From Eledone cirrhosa (lineage: Eukaryota), in assembly GCA_964016885.1 (NCBI GenBank), contig OZ024743.1, positions 233,244,001 to 233,308,000 of the forward strand: DNA of 64,000 bases, read 5' to 3'. The position numbers and the translations under genes were made by a program. The notes below the pieces were generated by a model. The model was not told the origin of the DNA. It did no database searches and worked only from the letters and a program-made list of their open reading frames with translations. Below are positions 38,861 to 54,399 of this stretch, piece by piece. Each line of letters starts with the position of its first letter. The first letter of the stretch is position 1.

Positions 38861-39476
38861 TGATATATTTCTTTTTTCTTTTTTCTTTTTCTTTTCTTTC
38901 CTTTTTAATTTTTATTTTTTATTTCTTAGTTTATAGATACATCTATAAATAAGCAGTCTGCCCAAACCGTTGAATACTGACCTCTCCCCCCCTCCCACCT
39001 AATTTCTGTATCTTGATCTAAATGTGTGTGGCAGTGTTTATGTGAGTGAATTAATATCCATGTGCTTATGATAATATTATATCCACATATATATATGTGT
39101 GTGGGGGTGTGTGTGTGTATGTATGTTCGTAATTATGTGTATGTTTATGCATATACGCGCGCGTGTGTGTGAGTGTACGGATATGTGTGAGTATGAGAAT
39201 ATGTGTATACACTTATTTCATATTTATGTGTCTATACGCATCTTATCTGTGCATTATAAACTTACAGAGACATTAACCTTGAAATTTTGTATTTGCATGC
39301 ATCTTTTTGGCATGCGTATGCATGTTGAGCATACATCTTTGTATAAATATGTGTACGGGGTAGTTACATGTATATACACACACCAAACTGCATAAAACCT
39401 TTTGTATTTTCATTGGTCAATTTTGTTCCCAAACGGACCTGAAATTTTGAATTGTTGTTATTATCAATAAATATAT

Positions 39477-39631
39477 TTCATTATTTCTGAAGACGGCGTA
39501 TATGTGTGTTTGGTATGTATATTTAATCTTGATAGTTTGTATAATTTTGTATAATTTTGTACATAGATCTGTTGAATATGCATGCCAATTCTAACACATA
39601 TATATCCTAGAAACGATCGTTAAATAATGAA
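39477..39631 (+). ncRNA. Putative type I hammerhead ribozyme with a very long stem II, in the Penelope pseudo-LTR
   Basis: UUCAUUAUUU-CUGAAGA-[~116 nt]-GAAAC GAUC GUU^AAAUAAUGAA; 10-bp stem I; palindromic helix III. Confidence 0.7.
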
Positions 39632-39693
39632 CTTTTTTGTTTAATATAAGGAACTGTTTCATTGTTTTATTCATTATTTGTTTAATATTTTAT

Positions 39694-42790
<3,097 letters not shown>

Positions 42791-42872
42791 GAGAATGATA
42801 GGCAGAGGCAACCAAAGATAGACAGACAAACAGTTAGAGAGAGAAAGAGACAAATAATTAAAGCCATCTCAC

Positions 42873-43013
42873 CTTGATTGGAACAGGTCGATCAAACTTT
42901 ATTTCAGCAATGTCATTGACACAATCATCTGGACCATATGAACCTTTAACAATCTCAATACTGTTCCATCGACTGGTATGTGACTGACTTGGATCACTAT
43001 GACCTTCACTTTG
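42873..43013 (-). CDS. MYCBP2: MYCBP2 exon, PHR2 ([47 protein letters not shown])
   Basis: tag/gtgag boundaries, 141 nt, phase 0/0. Confidence 0.92.
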
Positions 43014-43814
43014 CTATATAAATAACAGAAAATAGAAAAATATACACAATAATTTACTTGATCTGAGATCATGTATTGTTTGAGACCATGTATTGTAACT
43101 AAAGCAATTGTTTTGTGGAAGAATCATTTTAGTCATCATCATACTTGTCTGGCAAGTGGCTTGCAGAGTCTATGAGAGGGGGTCCAGTTGGTACTTTGTT
43201 CTGGGTCCCAAGAGCTAAGAAGGCCCCCCACAGTAACCATGCAACATCCATTTTGAGAAAAATCTTTGCCAGCTTCAGGCCCCAAAGGGGTCTTGTACGA
43301 CCTTGCAAAATTTCTCATGGAGGCCCTGGTCACTTGATCTGAGACTGTGTGTGGAAACCAAAGCAATTACCGTATACACTCAAATATAAGCCAAGGAATA
43401 TATGACCCCAAAAAAATCAATGGCTTATATCTGAGGTCAATGTTTTGACTATTTTCACCAACTCCAAATTCTATGTAAATAAAGTGCTAAAATATCTGGA
43501 ATGATTATTTTACAAGGACACACTATTTTTCTACATTATAATATAATTTTTATAATTTGGAATTTTTAATAAATAAATCCCACACACATACAGACACGCA
43601 TGCACACGTGCACACATACATGTATACATGTTTTTCTCAGACAATACCGTTTCTTTCAATCTTAATTCTGATTTTATCTTATTGCTTCCGCTCTTGCCCT
43701 CCCTTTTTCTCACCGTCTCCTCACTCTCACTTGCTGTGTCTCCCTCTCTCTTCTACTCTATAACTCCCTAAACAAAGTTCTCTTATTCGATCTTGTGCTT
43801 TGTGAATACTCCTA

Positions 43815-44370
43815 GCATGTAAAGTGGCTGTGTAGGTGTTCCGACAAAAAGCACCCAGTCCACACTGTAGAGTGGTCGTGTAAGTGGTACGACAAAAAGC
43901 ACCTAGTCCACACTGTAAAGTGGTCGTGTAAGTGGTACGACAAAAAGCACCCAGTACACACTGTAGAGTGGTCGTGTAAGTGGTACGACAAAAAGCACCT
44001 AGTCCACATTGTAAAGTGGTCGTGTAAGTGTCACGACAAAAAGCACCCAGTACACACTGTAAAGTGGTCATGTAGGAGACACAGCAAAAATCACCCAGTA
44101 CACACTGTAAAGTAATCATGTAGGAGACACAGCAAAAAGCACTCAGTACACACTGTAAAGTGGTCATGTAAGAGACATGGCAAAAAGCACCCAGTACACA
44201 ATGTAAATGTGGTTGGCATTAGGAAGGGTATCCAGCCATAAAAAAACAACCAGAAACAGTCCTATATGAGCGAGACACCGTCACCCGACCCAACTTGTCT
44301 CAAGTAGGGCAATCCCGTCTAACCCATGCTAGCGTGGAAGATAGACGTTAAACGATGATGATGATGATGA
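43815..44370 (+). repeat. SINE with its ~51-bp central unit tandemly amplified about 8 times, ending in an RTE-type tail
   Basis: caaaaagcacccagtacacactgtaaagtggtc repeats; tail ...catgctagcgtggaagatagacgttaaacgatgatgatg. Confidence 0.8.
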
Positions 44371-44446
44371 AAGTGATCGGAAGTAAACAAAAAATTGCTC
44401 AGTCAGAGCTGATCTGGGGTTAAACAACAATTACAAATGTACTTAC

Positions 44447-44659
44447 ATCATCCAAGAGCTCCAACTCATATTCATACTGCCCTCCAACTACACTGCCTCC
44501 GTACACGTAGACACCAGCAATTAGGATGCCTGGCCGGTCAACACTGAAGGCCACAGCATCAGGACTTCCATTGCCTGTATTCCAATATGCTCCGTGGATG
44601 GTTCGAGTGAAACGGTTAGGAGTGACCAACAAAGGCCTAGAGGTACTGGCCAGATCAAG
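44447..44659 (-). CDS. MYCBP2: MYCBP2 exon, start of PHR2 (LDLASTSRPLLVTPNRFTRTIHGAYWNTGNGSPDAVAFSVDRPGILIAG...YEYELELLDD)
   Basis: cag/gtaagt boundaries, 213 nt; WNTGNGSPDA is the PHR2 signature. Confidence 0.95.
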
Positions 44660-44957
44660 CTGCCAAAAACAAAAACATTCCATTTATTTTCAATCTTGTA
44701 TTTTGTGAACGATAGCATCATTATTTAACATTTTTGTGATGATATTTCTAATGAAAGATATTAAATTAATTAATGAAGAATTTGAAGAGATTTTTATAAT
44801 CATTAATTATTTTATTATTAATATGGTATTTGTGACATAACTTAAAACATTCTTAAATGAAAAAAAAGTTGGAAAAATTTAATTTAAATAGGAATCCTTT
44901 AAAATGAATGGTGTTGTTTCATAGAACCAGAGTCAGTTTTGGCCACATTATTATCAA

Positions 44958-45345
44958 GAGCGGTCGGTGGATTGGCAGTATCGGTAGAGGGTCGGATGCC
45001 ATGCTTTCCAGCATAGTTACGTCCCTTTACGATCTGAGTTCAAATCCCGCCGAGGTTGACTTTGCCTTTCATCCTTACAGGGTCGATAAAATAAAGTACC
45101 AGTAATGTACTAGGTAATTGCTGGCCTTGTGCCAAAAGTAGAGACAATTATTATCAAGAGCGGTGGATTGGCAGATTGGTAGACGGTCAGATACTATGCT
45201 TTGCAGCATAGAATTACTGCCCGAATTCAAATACCGCCAAGGTAAACTTTGCTTTTCATCCTTACAGGGTTCATAAAATAAAGCACCATTAATGCACTGG
45301 GGTAATTGCTGGACTTATGTCAAAAGTAGAAACAATTATTATCAA
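44958..45345 (+). mobile_element. Tandem dimer of a Deu/Nin-like tRNA SINE
   Basis: Two head-to-tail units, each with B box gttcaaatccc/attcaaatacc and the gcctttcatccttacaggg core, separated by attattatcaa. Confidence 0.75.
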
Positions 45346-45399
45346 AAATTTTATAAGGTTTCTAAGATTGTATGAACCGATAGTTCAAACACCTAGCAC

Positions 45400-45580
45400 A
45401 GCCATACACTGCAACATACACACACCAAATCACAGGGAATATCAGGTGTTTTGAAGGATGCAATGTCCCAACAGCTAACAACTGATGCAGGTAGTTTGTT
45501 CCATGCTTCAGCAACACTGAGCGGAAAAAATGTTTCCGAAAGTCATGGGAGCTGTACTTTTTTCTGATTTTGTAAGCATA
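45400..45580 (-). mobile_element. CR1-like LINE 3' fragment
   Basis: YAYKIRKKYSSHDFRKHFF remnant; homologous to 8030-8245. Confidence 0.6.
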
Positions 45581-45584
45581 TGAT

Positions 45585-45912
45585 GGAGGCACATGGCTTA
45601 GTGGTTAGAGCATTTGCCTTGCAATCGAAAGGTTGTGAGTTCAATTCTCAGACCGGGTGATGTGTTGTTTCCTTGAGCAAGACACTTTATTTCACATTGC
45701 TCCAGTTTACTCAGCTGTAGAAATGAGATGATAGGGACTGGGGTCTATATCATTCCACTACAAAGTGGTCGTGGAGGTGCCACGGCAAAAAAGCACCCAG
45801 CACTCACTGTAAATGAGGTTGGTGTTAGGAAGGGCATCCAGCTGTAGAAATCAAACCAGAATCAGTTCCCGTCCCACCCTTGCAAGCAGGGAAAAAGCGG
45901 ACGTAAAATGAA
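45585..45912 (+). mobile_element. Full-length tRNA-derived SINE with RTE family-2 tail
   Basis: A/B boxes, ccttgagcaagacactt core, tail nearly identical to the 3' end of the LINE at 62892-62947. Confidence 0.87.
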
Positions 45913-46072
45913 ATGAATGAAATGAATGATCCATGGCTGTTAGACATATGGAATTCAAATTCTGATAAAATCCTTTATAATTCCTGGTGGCGATTGAAAT
46001 CCACACCTCTATGTAGGTGTCATTGCTTCAATCAGCTTAACTATGTCAGAGAGGAAACTATAATTTACTTAC

Positions 46073-46495
46073 CTCAGATCCAGTGGCTGATGCTGCCAGC
46101 TCACTAATCAGACATGACAGCAAGGCACATGTGTTTGTCACCAATATTTGGGGATAACATGTTGGCTCTTTGTTAAGGGCCTGACGGATTGGCACGGTGG
46201 CTATCAGCAGCAGTCTATCGAGAACCTCCTTGAATGACGTGTGGCCACTGCCAATGCCCTCCACCTCTGTGCGATAGGTCATGTGGTCAACAAGGATCGG
46301 AAACCTGTGTGACTCAGCTAGGCGTGCTGCACTGTTGGTGTTGTCATCGATACTAATGGACTGGCGACGGAGTATCTCTTCTGTTTCTGGCTCACAGTTG
46401 ATGGGCATTATATTGGTCAGTTTGATGGTTGGGTGGGTCAGGGCTTCCATGATTGCAGCCAGAAGACGACCATACCCATCCATGTTGCTCATTCC
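46073..46495 (-). CDS. MYCBP2: MYCBP2 exon (GMSNMDGYGRLLAAIMEALTHPTIKLT...ELAASATGSE)
   Basis: cag/gtaagt boundaries, 423 nt, phase 0/0. Confidence 0.92.
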
Positions 46496-46574
46496 CTGAG
46501 GAAACCAAGTGAAAGAAAGATAGATAGATAGACAATGAAAAAAAGAAAAGAAACAAAGAAACAAATGTGTGCAT

Positions 46575-47420
46575 AGGTGTATATGAGGTGTGTGTGTATG
46601 TGGCATGATATGTATAAGCATATGTGTATGGCATGATGTAGTGTGTGTGTGTCTGTATATAAATGTATAGCATGATGTAGTGTGTGTGTATATGCATATG
46701 TATAGCATAATGAAGTATGTCTTTGTGTATGGCATGATGTAGTGTGTGTATGTATGCATATGCATATGGCATGATGTAGTGTGTGATTGTGTATGGCATA
46801 ATGTAGTGTGTGTGGGTGTGTGTGTGTGTATGCATGTGTATGGCATGATGTAGTGTGTGTGTGTGTATGCATATATGTATGGCATGATGTAGTGTGTGTG
46901 TGCGTATGACATAATTGTGTGTGTATGCATATGTGCATGGCATGATGTAGGGTGTGTGTGTGTGTGTGTGTGTATGTATGCATGTGTATGGCATGATGTA
47001 GTGTGTATGCATATGTGTATGGCAGGATGTAGTGTGTGTATGTATGCATATGGCATGATGTAGTGTGTATGCATGTGTATGGCATGATGTGTGTGTATGC
47101 ATATGTGTATGGCAGGATGTAGTGTGTGTATGTATGTATGCATATGGCATGATGTAGTGTGTATACTCAGGGAGCATACACACTATGCGGGGCACATTCA
47201 GGGAGGACCTGCGGGAGATGGGAATTACCTGGAGAGGTGCTAGAAGGGTCGCCAGTGACAGGATCAAGTGGAGGAAGCTCATCGCCCAATGTTCCACAAG
47301 GGACTGGAGGAATTAAGACTAAGAGTGTGTATGCATATGTGTATGGCATGATGTGTGTGTGTGTGCATATGTGTGTGAATGTGTGTAGCATGATGTAACA
47401 TCTGTGCATATGTATGTATC
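46575..47420. repeat. Degenerate minisatellite (tatggcatgatgtagtgtgtg...) interrupted by an RTE 3' fragment at ~47166-47322
   Basis: The insert reads TMRGTFREDLREMGITWRGARRVASDRIKWRKLIAQCSTRDWRN* on the + strand, an RTE-type C-terminus. Confidence 0.75.
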
Positions 47421-48112
47421 ATGATATGGCGTGTGCACTGTTCACATTTTTATGCCCACTTTTCCATGCTGGCATGGGTTGTTAGAAATTGTTTTGAGTC
47501 AATATTCTATGACTAGATACCCTTCGAGATGCCAATCAATACCACATTTACAAGTATAGTATATATACCATTTTCATTGAACTAAAAACTGCAGGACATT
47601 AGAGCAGTGTGGCATAGCCCAACTCCCCCATATCACAGAACTGTGACTGAACATAACACCATCTACCCCATACCACAGAACTAAAACTAATCATAACACC
47701 ACCTACCACATACTACAGAGCTAAAACAAATAACACCAGCCACGCCATACCACTCACCCCATACTACATAAATAAGACTAATAATACCACCCACCCCATA
47801 CTACAGAACTGAGACTGATCATAACACCACCCACCCCATACCACAGAATTAATGAAGGAGCTTCATCTCTAAATGGCCACACATCCTGCTAGAAATAACA
47901 AATAACACCGTACTATCTTAGGCAAAAGAATGACATATTGGGTAATGTGGTCCTTGATGCACTAAGCCTGAAAATAAAATAACATAACTTTGATTACAGG
48001 TCTGCTTTATCAGTACTGGCCTGCAGCTAAATAACAACAACAAAAACAACAGCCACAGCTAGTCAGATTTAGCATCAGTTCAGTCCTCTAGTTTATACAT
48101 GTAATCACTCAC

Positions 48113-48387
48113 CGGTTCCAACATCACCAGCAGATCACACAAACACAGCCATTTCAGGTTGGCAGTTGGATAGAAGGCATGGAAACAACCAGTGAAAGTG
48201 TCATGGCATGCAGACAGGATTTCTTCAGCCATCTGCTGAAATTCGGGACACGTCGGTGGGTTAGAAAGAGAAAGCCTGACTTTCGAAGGACGGACCTCTT
48301 CAGCAAGAATCTTGCGAAGCAAATCTCTGGAGTTGCCAACACCTTCAGCCAATTTCATGTTTTCTGGAATGGTTTTTTTGCTGACAG
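48113..48387 (-). CDS. MYCBP2: MYCBP2 exon (VSKKTIPENMKLAEGVG...CFHAFYPTANLKWLCLCDLLVMLEP)
   Basis: tag/gtgagt boundaries, 275 nt, conserved CFH.FYPT..L.W.CLCDLL. Confidence 0.93.
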
Positions 48388-49783
48388 CTAAAGTTAGATA
48401 AGAAAAGGTTGTAGATTGATTAGAAAGTCATTAAAAAAACATCTTTAACCCTTTAGCATTTACATTACTCTATATATTCTATTATATTTTCATGGTAAAG
48501 GATTTACCTCAGATAATTGTCTCACATAATATCGAATCTGATTTTGATATTTATTTTAAGAACACTACCTGAACATCAGTATGAGCAGCCAGTTACGGTT
48601 GGTTTAAACAGAAAGAGGTGAGAGAATTCTGGCCGGTTACGGCCAGTTTAAATGCTAAAGGGTTAAAGGAAAAACCATTTGAAAAATAAATACATTTAAT
48701 ATATAGTAATTTGAAGATTAGACAAGGGTATTAGAAGAACGTTAGAACAATATATGAACAGTAGGTATTAAGGTATATGTAGCATGGCACAAACAAGACA
48801 TATAAAACAACAAAGCAGAGATTAGGGCAAAATTAGAACAAAACATAAGCAATAGGTAATATGGAGTATCGTGGCAGACTTTAAAACAAGCAGTATAGAA
48901 TACTAAAGTAGTTGAGTAGGGGAGGGTTTTCTTCTGTCTTTTTTCTTTCTGACTCATGATTCCTGGTGGAGTTGTTGGGGTGCCATAGAATCATACAGCC
49001 TTTCTAGGACATTTTCTGAACCTGGTGGAATCCAGCCTCTTTCCAGGTCTGAAAACAGCCAATTTCTCCCAAATGAGAGAGAGAGAGAGTGTGATATAGA
49101 GGAAGTGAGAAAGAGAGACAGAGGAAAAATCAACTCCAGTACTGGACTGGTACATTTTTTTTAACCTCGAAAAGCTAGAAGGCAAAGTTGTCCTCGGCAG
49201 GTATTGAACTCGGAGTGCAGAAAGGTGGAATAAATAGCAAAAAGCATTCTATCTGACATTCTAATGACTGCCAATTTGCCACCAGCATTGCAGGATTAAG
49301 ACAATATAAAGATAATGGAGTATTATAAAAGCAACAGGAAGTATACAGGAACCTAAGCTGAAATTATAACAGGAGTAGGGCATGCTACAATGGGTTACAT
49401 AGTATATCACACCTGTGATAAAGGAATGGCTATATATAAATGAATGAAGACAGAAAAACGGGGATTATGAATTTGACTTAACGAGAGAGAGCGTGGGGGG
49501 GGGGGGGGGGGTAGAAAGAAGAAATAAAAAAGGAAAGAGAAAAAGACAATGAAATAGAAGGCAACATCAGGAAGATGGGAAAAAATTAAAAAGACAGCAA
49601 AAAAAGAGAACAACAGAAATGATTGGCAGGGAGAGAGAGGGGGAGGGAGGGAGAGTGATAGAAAATGATGAAAAAAAGGAGAAGGGGACAAGAAAGAGTG
49701 TAAATAAAGAGAAAAAAGAAAGGAAGTCAAAGAGTGGGGAGTGAGTGGGGGAGTGAGTGGGAGAGAGACAGAGCAGGGCATAC

Positions 49784-49976
49784 CTCCATCAGAGAACACC
49801 TCATTAATGTAAATTTTAATGAGACGAAGGCAAGCTTTGCAGATGTAGACAAATCTTTGGAGATCAGAGACCAGCGCTGTACGGCTAATTCCTTTCAGTC
49901 CGTCAACTTCAGCAGCAGAAGAATGGAAGGAAGACCACGCCCACTCCAATAGATTTAATAAGGCATCAAAACAACT
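49784..49976 (-). CDS. MYCBP2: MYCBP2 exon (SCFDALLNLLEWAWSSF...LRLIKIYINEVFSDG)
   Basis: cag/gtatg boundaries, 193 nt, phase-consistent. Confidence 0.9.
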
Positions 49977-50424
49977 CTGAAAAAGTAATTAAACATTTGG
50001 CAATTAGTTAGAGTAGAATAGTTCATTAGAACATGCAGATTAAGAAAAGAAAAAGAAAAGAAAAAGTAGAAAAGCTTTAGTAGGCGATGGATATGGTCAA
50101 ATGAATGGTTCTCTAGTGATGAATTGGTTGAGTTATTAGAGCATCAGACATGCTTAGCAGGGTCTTTTTGTTCTGAGTTCAAATCTCACAGAGGTCAACT
50201 TTGCCTTTCGTCGTTCTGGGGTTGGTAAGATTAAAGTACCAGTCACATACTGAAGTTTATTTAATCAACTTTGCCCTACCCCCAAAATTAACTAGTTTTG
50301 TGCCTACATTAGAAATCAAAATATTACTAGTGCTTAACTCTTATCCTTTAATGATTTAGCAAAAAACACCCCAAAACAAATTTAAATGGTTATAATATCT
50401 TTACTACTGAGCAGATTGTTGAGA

Positions 50425-50670
50425 AAATTTAAAGTATCACAGTATCTGGACAGATTTTATGGGCAAAACCAACCGGCAGGAGACCCGGGAGTAGAGCACA
50501 AGCAAGATGGTTGGATAACACCCATGAGCTTGGCTGGTCATGCTTGGGGATCCAGCCAAATCAGTTGGAGACAGTTGCTTTTGACAGGACCTGCTAGAAG
50601 GTGTGTTTGGGGATTCTGCCCCCACAACCCTCTCAGGAATAAGTAGGCAAAGAAGAGGAAGTAGAAGACA
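50425..50670 (+). mobile_element. Degenerate RTE (Expander/Rex3-like) 3' fragment
   Basis: WAKPTGRRPGSRAQARWLDN...LGW..LGIQPNQLETVAFDR...LPPQP followed by a (GAA)-like tail. Confidence 0.6.
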
Positions 50671-51697
50671 GTATAGATTTCAATTTTAATGTGGTACAGT
50701 CATTGTGCTGTTTTGTAGTTTTTTAAGATTGTCTTGCAAATATGGTTTTATGTAGTACAGGACGTTAAGAGTCAATTTAGTGGCCTGCAGAGGGAGAGGA
50801 AGGATAATTGATCAACTGTAAGACTTCAACTAAAAACAAAGTGATAAATATAAACAGTGAAGCCTAGCATTCTAAAGGTTTTGCCATTTCACAACTCCAA
50901 GAATAAGAATAATTTCTGATATAGGCAGAAGGCCAGAAATTTTGTGAGAAACTATGCTAATAAATTAGAACAATCCACAAGCATTTAACTGGTACTTATT
51001 TTATCAATCCTCTTTATGAAAAACAATAAAAAAATTAAAAGGCAAAGTTGACCACAACAGGATTTGAACCCTGAATGCAACAGGTGTAATTAAATGTTAC
51101 AAAATATTTTATATAGGACTCCACCAATCTGGCATTCTAATATTAGGAATGTTTATCTTTTCATGTAGGCCACAATTTTGTGATTAAGACATAGTTGATT
51201 ACATCCTACCTCATCATTCCTCTGATTTCCATAAAATGTACCAGTAATTAAACTCAATATTAAAATAATAATAAAAAGAATAACTGCTTTTAATTTTGAA
51301 GGGATGGGGAAAGTTGAGTAAATCAACGCCAGTGTGTTACAACCACAAAAGGATGAAAAGCAAAGCTACCACAGCAGAATTTGAACACTGAACATAAAGA
51401 ACCAGAACAAATGTTGCAAAGCATTTTATCAGATGTTCTAATCCACCAGCCTAGGGCTAAACAACAGTATATACAATCTGTGATTCTTATGAAGGAGTCT
51501 CTATGCAACTCAATGAGAGATTTTCTACACAATTGCTTAACCTGCTAAAAATAGCAACTAAATCTCCCAAAACTACATCCAACCATCTTAAAAAGGGAAG
51601 TATTGAATAATGCATAGATGAAATAATCATAAATGGAATGACTTTGCTCTTAAGCCTACATAGAATTAATGGACAATATCAATGTCAACAAACTTAC

Positions 51698-51794
51698 AGG
51701 TGATACAGTTCTGCTGAAGTCTTGGGTTAATACATGAGCAGGCTCTAAATGTTCAGCTTTCCGAGGAATTGACTGTCTATCTGGAGATGGCAAT
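51698..51794 (-). CDS. MYCBP2: MYCBP2 exon (LPSPDRQSIPRKAEHLEPAHVLTQDFSRTVSP)
   Basis: cag/gtaagt boundaries, 97 nt, phase-consistent. Confidence 0.9.
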
Positions 51795-52321
51795 CTGAAG
51801 AAGAAAAAAATAAAACACAAGTGATAAGCAGAAAATAGCTTTTTTCTTTGTAAAAAGAAAAAAAAAATAGAGGACAGATTTTCATTTTCATTTTTATATT
51901 TGGAAATCCCTTCCACCACACCTGATACACCGCCTCTCCAACTCATGCATACAAACATGAAAAGCTGAACATGCTCTATACCAGCTCTGCCACCACAACA
52001 GAAACCACTTAGGCCACTAGGTAAGATGGTTGTGCTGTCAACAAAAAGCACCCACACTATGCGAGACAGCAGTCATGCTGGTGACACAACAGAAATCCAC
52101 TCTGTAGACAATAAAACACCTAAGAAACTCTTAGGTGAGGTATAATTCATTTCAATTTCATAACATATAACAAACAATTATATTAGCTATAAAGATGGTA
52201 CCCTATGGATTACCACTGCCTGAAAACTAAAATTTCATTAAAAATACAAAATTGTTAACAAAATCATTTTTTTTTTAATGGGAGCTATAGAAAGAGTTAA
52301 TAGAAAGAAATTTCAGTAAAC

Positions 52322-52405
52322 CTGTATAGTAACTGAGGGATTTGTCCTGCATTGACATCGGTTCCATTATTGGATTTCTTTGAGCTCTTGAATTTAAACA
52401 CCACC
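52322..52405 (-). CDS. MYCBP2: MYCBP2 exon, end of PHR1 (VVFKFKSSKKSNNGTDVNAGQIPQLLYR)
   Basis: tag/gt boundaries, 84 nt; PHR1 signature. Confidence 0.95.
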
Positions 52406-53374
52406 CTATACAACAGAAGAGACAGAAAAGAATTTTAAATGTGGTTTTATGGTTTTAGAAAATAAAGGTTACAAAAATTAAGCATTTCAAATCAGCAGAC
52501 CTTTTATAGTTCCTTTCATTTATCTCAAACTTAGCATCATTATTGTATGTCTATTTTCCATGCTGGCATGGGTTAGACAAATTGTCATAGTACAAGATAA
52601 AACAAATCAGAGAACCACATCTTGCATGTATGCTCCCTAATTTGGCATGGTTTTTATGGCCGGTTGCTTTTTCTAATGCCAATTCATATCTATTATATTC
52701 TTTATGGCCCTTTTCATTCTGAGTTCAAATCCCGCCAAGGTTAACTTTGCCTTTCATCCTTACGGGATCGATAAAATAAAGCACCAGTAATACACTGGGG
52801 TAATTGCTGGCCTTGTGCCAAAAGTAGAAACAATTATTATATTCTTTCTCTCCTTGACATTTTATTGCTGTCAGTATTGGATTGATATATCACACAGGCT
52901 TAAGTATCTAGTAACTTTCTCACAGTTCTTGCTGTGCCAAGCTTTCTCTAAAGTCAGGTAATTCAACTCAATAGTCAACATCTTCAAGACTACAAGAGCT
53001 ATGATTACATTGACTTCCAACTTAACCAAAAACAAAGTTCACAATGGATATACTGAGGCACACCTAATAAATACATCAGCTGTAACCAATAAGTTAAATC
53101 TACCAGTCACCCAACTTGCTAGAAATAATATCCAAATCTCCCACAAAATTCACTCACAGAAGTATGAAAAACAAAAGACACCTTCTATAATGTAATCTTA
53201 GTTTAACTGAGTTTAGAGAAAATAGACTATGCTGGTCACAGCTTAGATATAGTTGATCATGACTCCTAGATTAGAGCTGGACTAGGGCTAAACCAAAACA
53301 CAATAGCCTATCAGCTAATCAATGAACCAGCCAATGAGACATTAACTATTATACAAATATAGGTTGATACTCAC

Positions 53375-53509
53375 TGATCTTCTGTAGTGACACAAGCCTG
53401 CCCACTAGACCCACAGTCACTGCTTGGTCCAGATATCCTAGCCCAAGCCACATACCAGATATTAGCCTGGACAGACACTGGCTCATAAAACAACATTGCA
53501 TATGTTTCT
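53375..53509 (-). CDS. MYCBP2: MYCBP2 exon, PHR1 (ETYAMLFYEPVSVQANIWYVAWARISGPSSDCGSSGQACVTTEDQ)
   Basis: cag/gtgagt boundaries, 135 nt; upstream exons lie beyond the window. Confidence 0.95.
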
Positions 53510-54007
53510 CTGAAAAAAAAAAAAAAAAAAAAATAGAAACATTAAATGTCATAATAAATCTTCATAAAAGAAACAAAATCAAGTTAACATATAATGCATG
53601 TATATATGTATACGCATGTATCAACCTGTAACTGATGGATGCTATAATGACATATCTTGAGCATTTTAAAGCTGGTGGAGTCTATATTCTCTCCAGGTCC
53701 TATGTGTAAAATATATATACATAATCAATGCATGCAAGATTTCACAGCTCTAGCATGACATCCTCATAGTCAGCCTAACAACTTTTCAGCACACCCCCCT
53801 GTGAGTATGTGTGTGAGTGTGTGTGAGTGAGTGTGAGTGTATTATCATCTCAGTTTCGCATGGAAAAATGGACATACAACAGTGATAATAATACATATAT
53901 ATATATGTATGTATATATGTATATATATATGTATATAATAATAATAATAAGGGTGAAAGCAGCGATTCTTTGCTTAAACTTTAATCTGTTATTTTAATAA
54001 ATATATG

Positions 54008-54043
<36 letters not shown>

Positions 54044-54071
54044 TGTATATATATGTATATATATGTATATA

Positions 54072-54276
<205 letters not shown>

Positions 54277-54399
54277 GTATATATATATCTTGTCAACCCT
54301 TATTAAATGGTCAGTCGATTCTACGAAAATGTAATGTTTTATAGAACATTTTCTTCTTGTCTCCTTAAAACCTCGTTCATTCATCCATATATATCTACA

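Larger units (their letters stand above)
35095..39693 (+). mobile_element. 5'-truncated Penelope-like element with inverted 5' pseudo-LTR, GIY-YIG remnant, long repeat-rich 3' region and 3' pseudo-LTR
   Basis: 35229-35353 is the reverse complement of ~39569-39693; GIY-YIG frame directly follows; hammerhead-like motif in the 3' copy. Confidence 0.8.

Noticed and set aside
45585-45660. tRNA gene
   Set aside because: A/B boxes present but followed by a SINE body and LINE tail, with no acceptor stem
47167-47409. GC-richer island that could be an extra MYCBP2 exon
   Set aside because: Reads as an RTE C-terminus on the + strand; the flanking exons already join in phase 0
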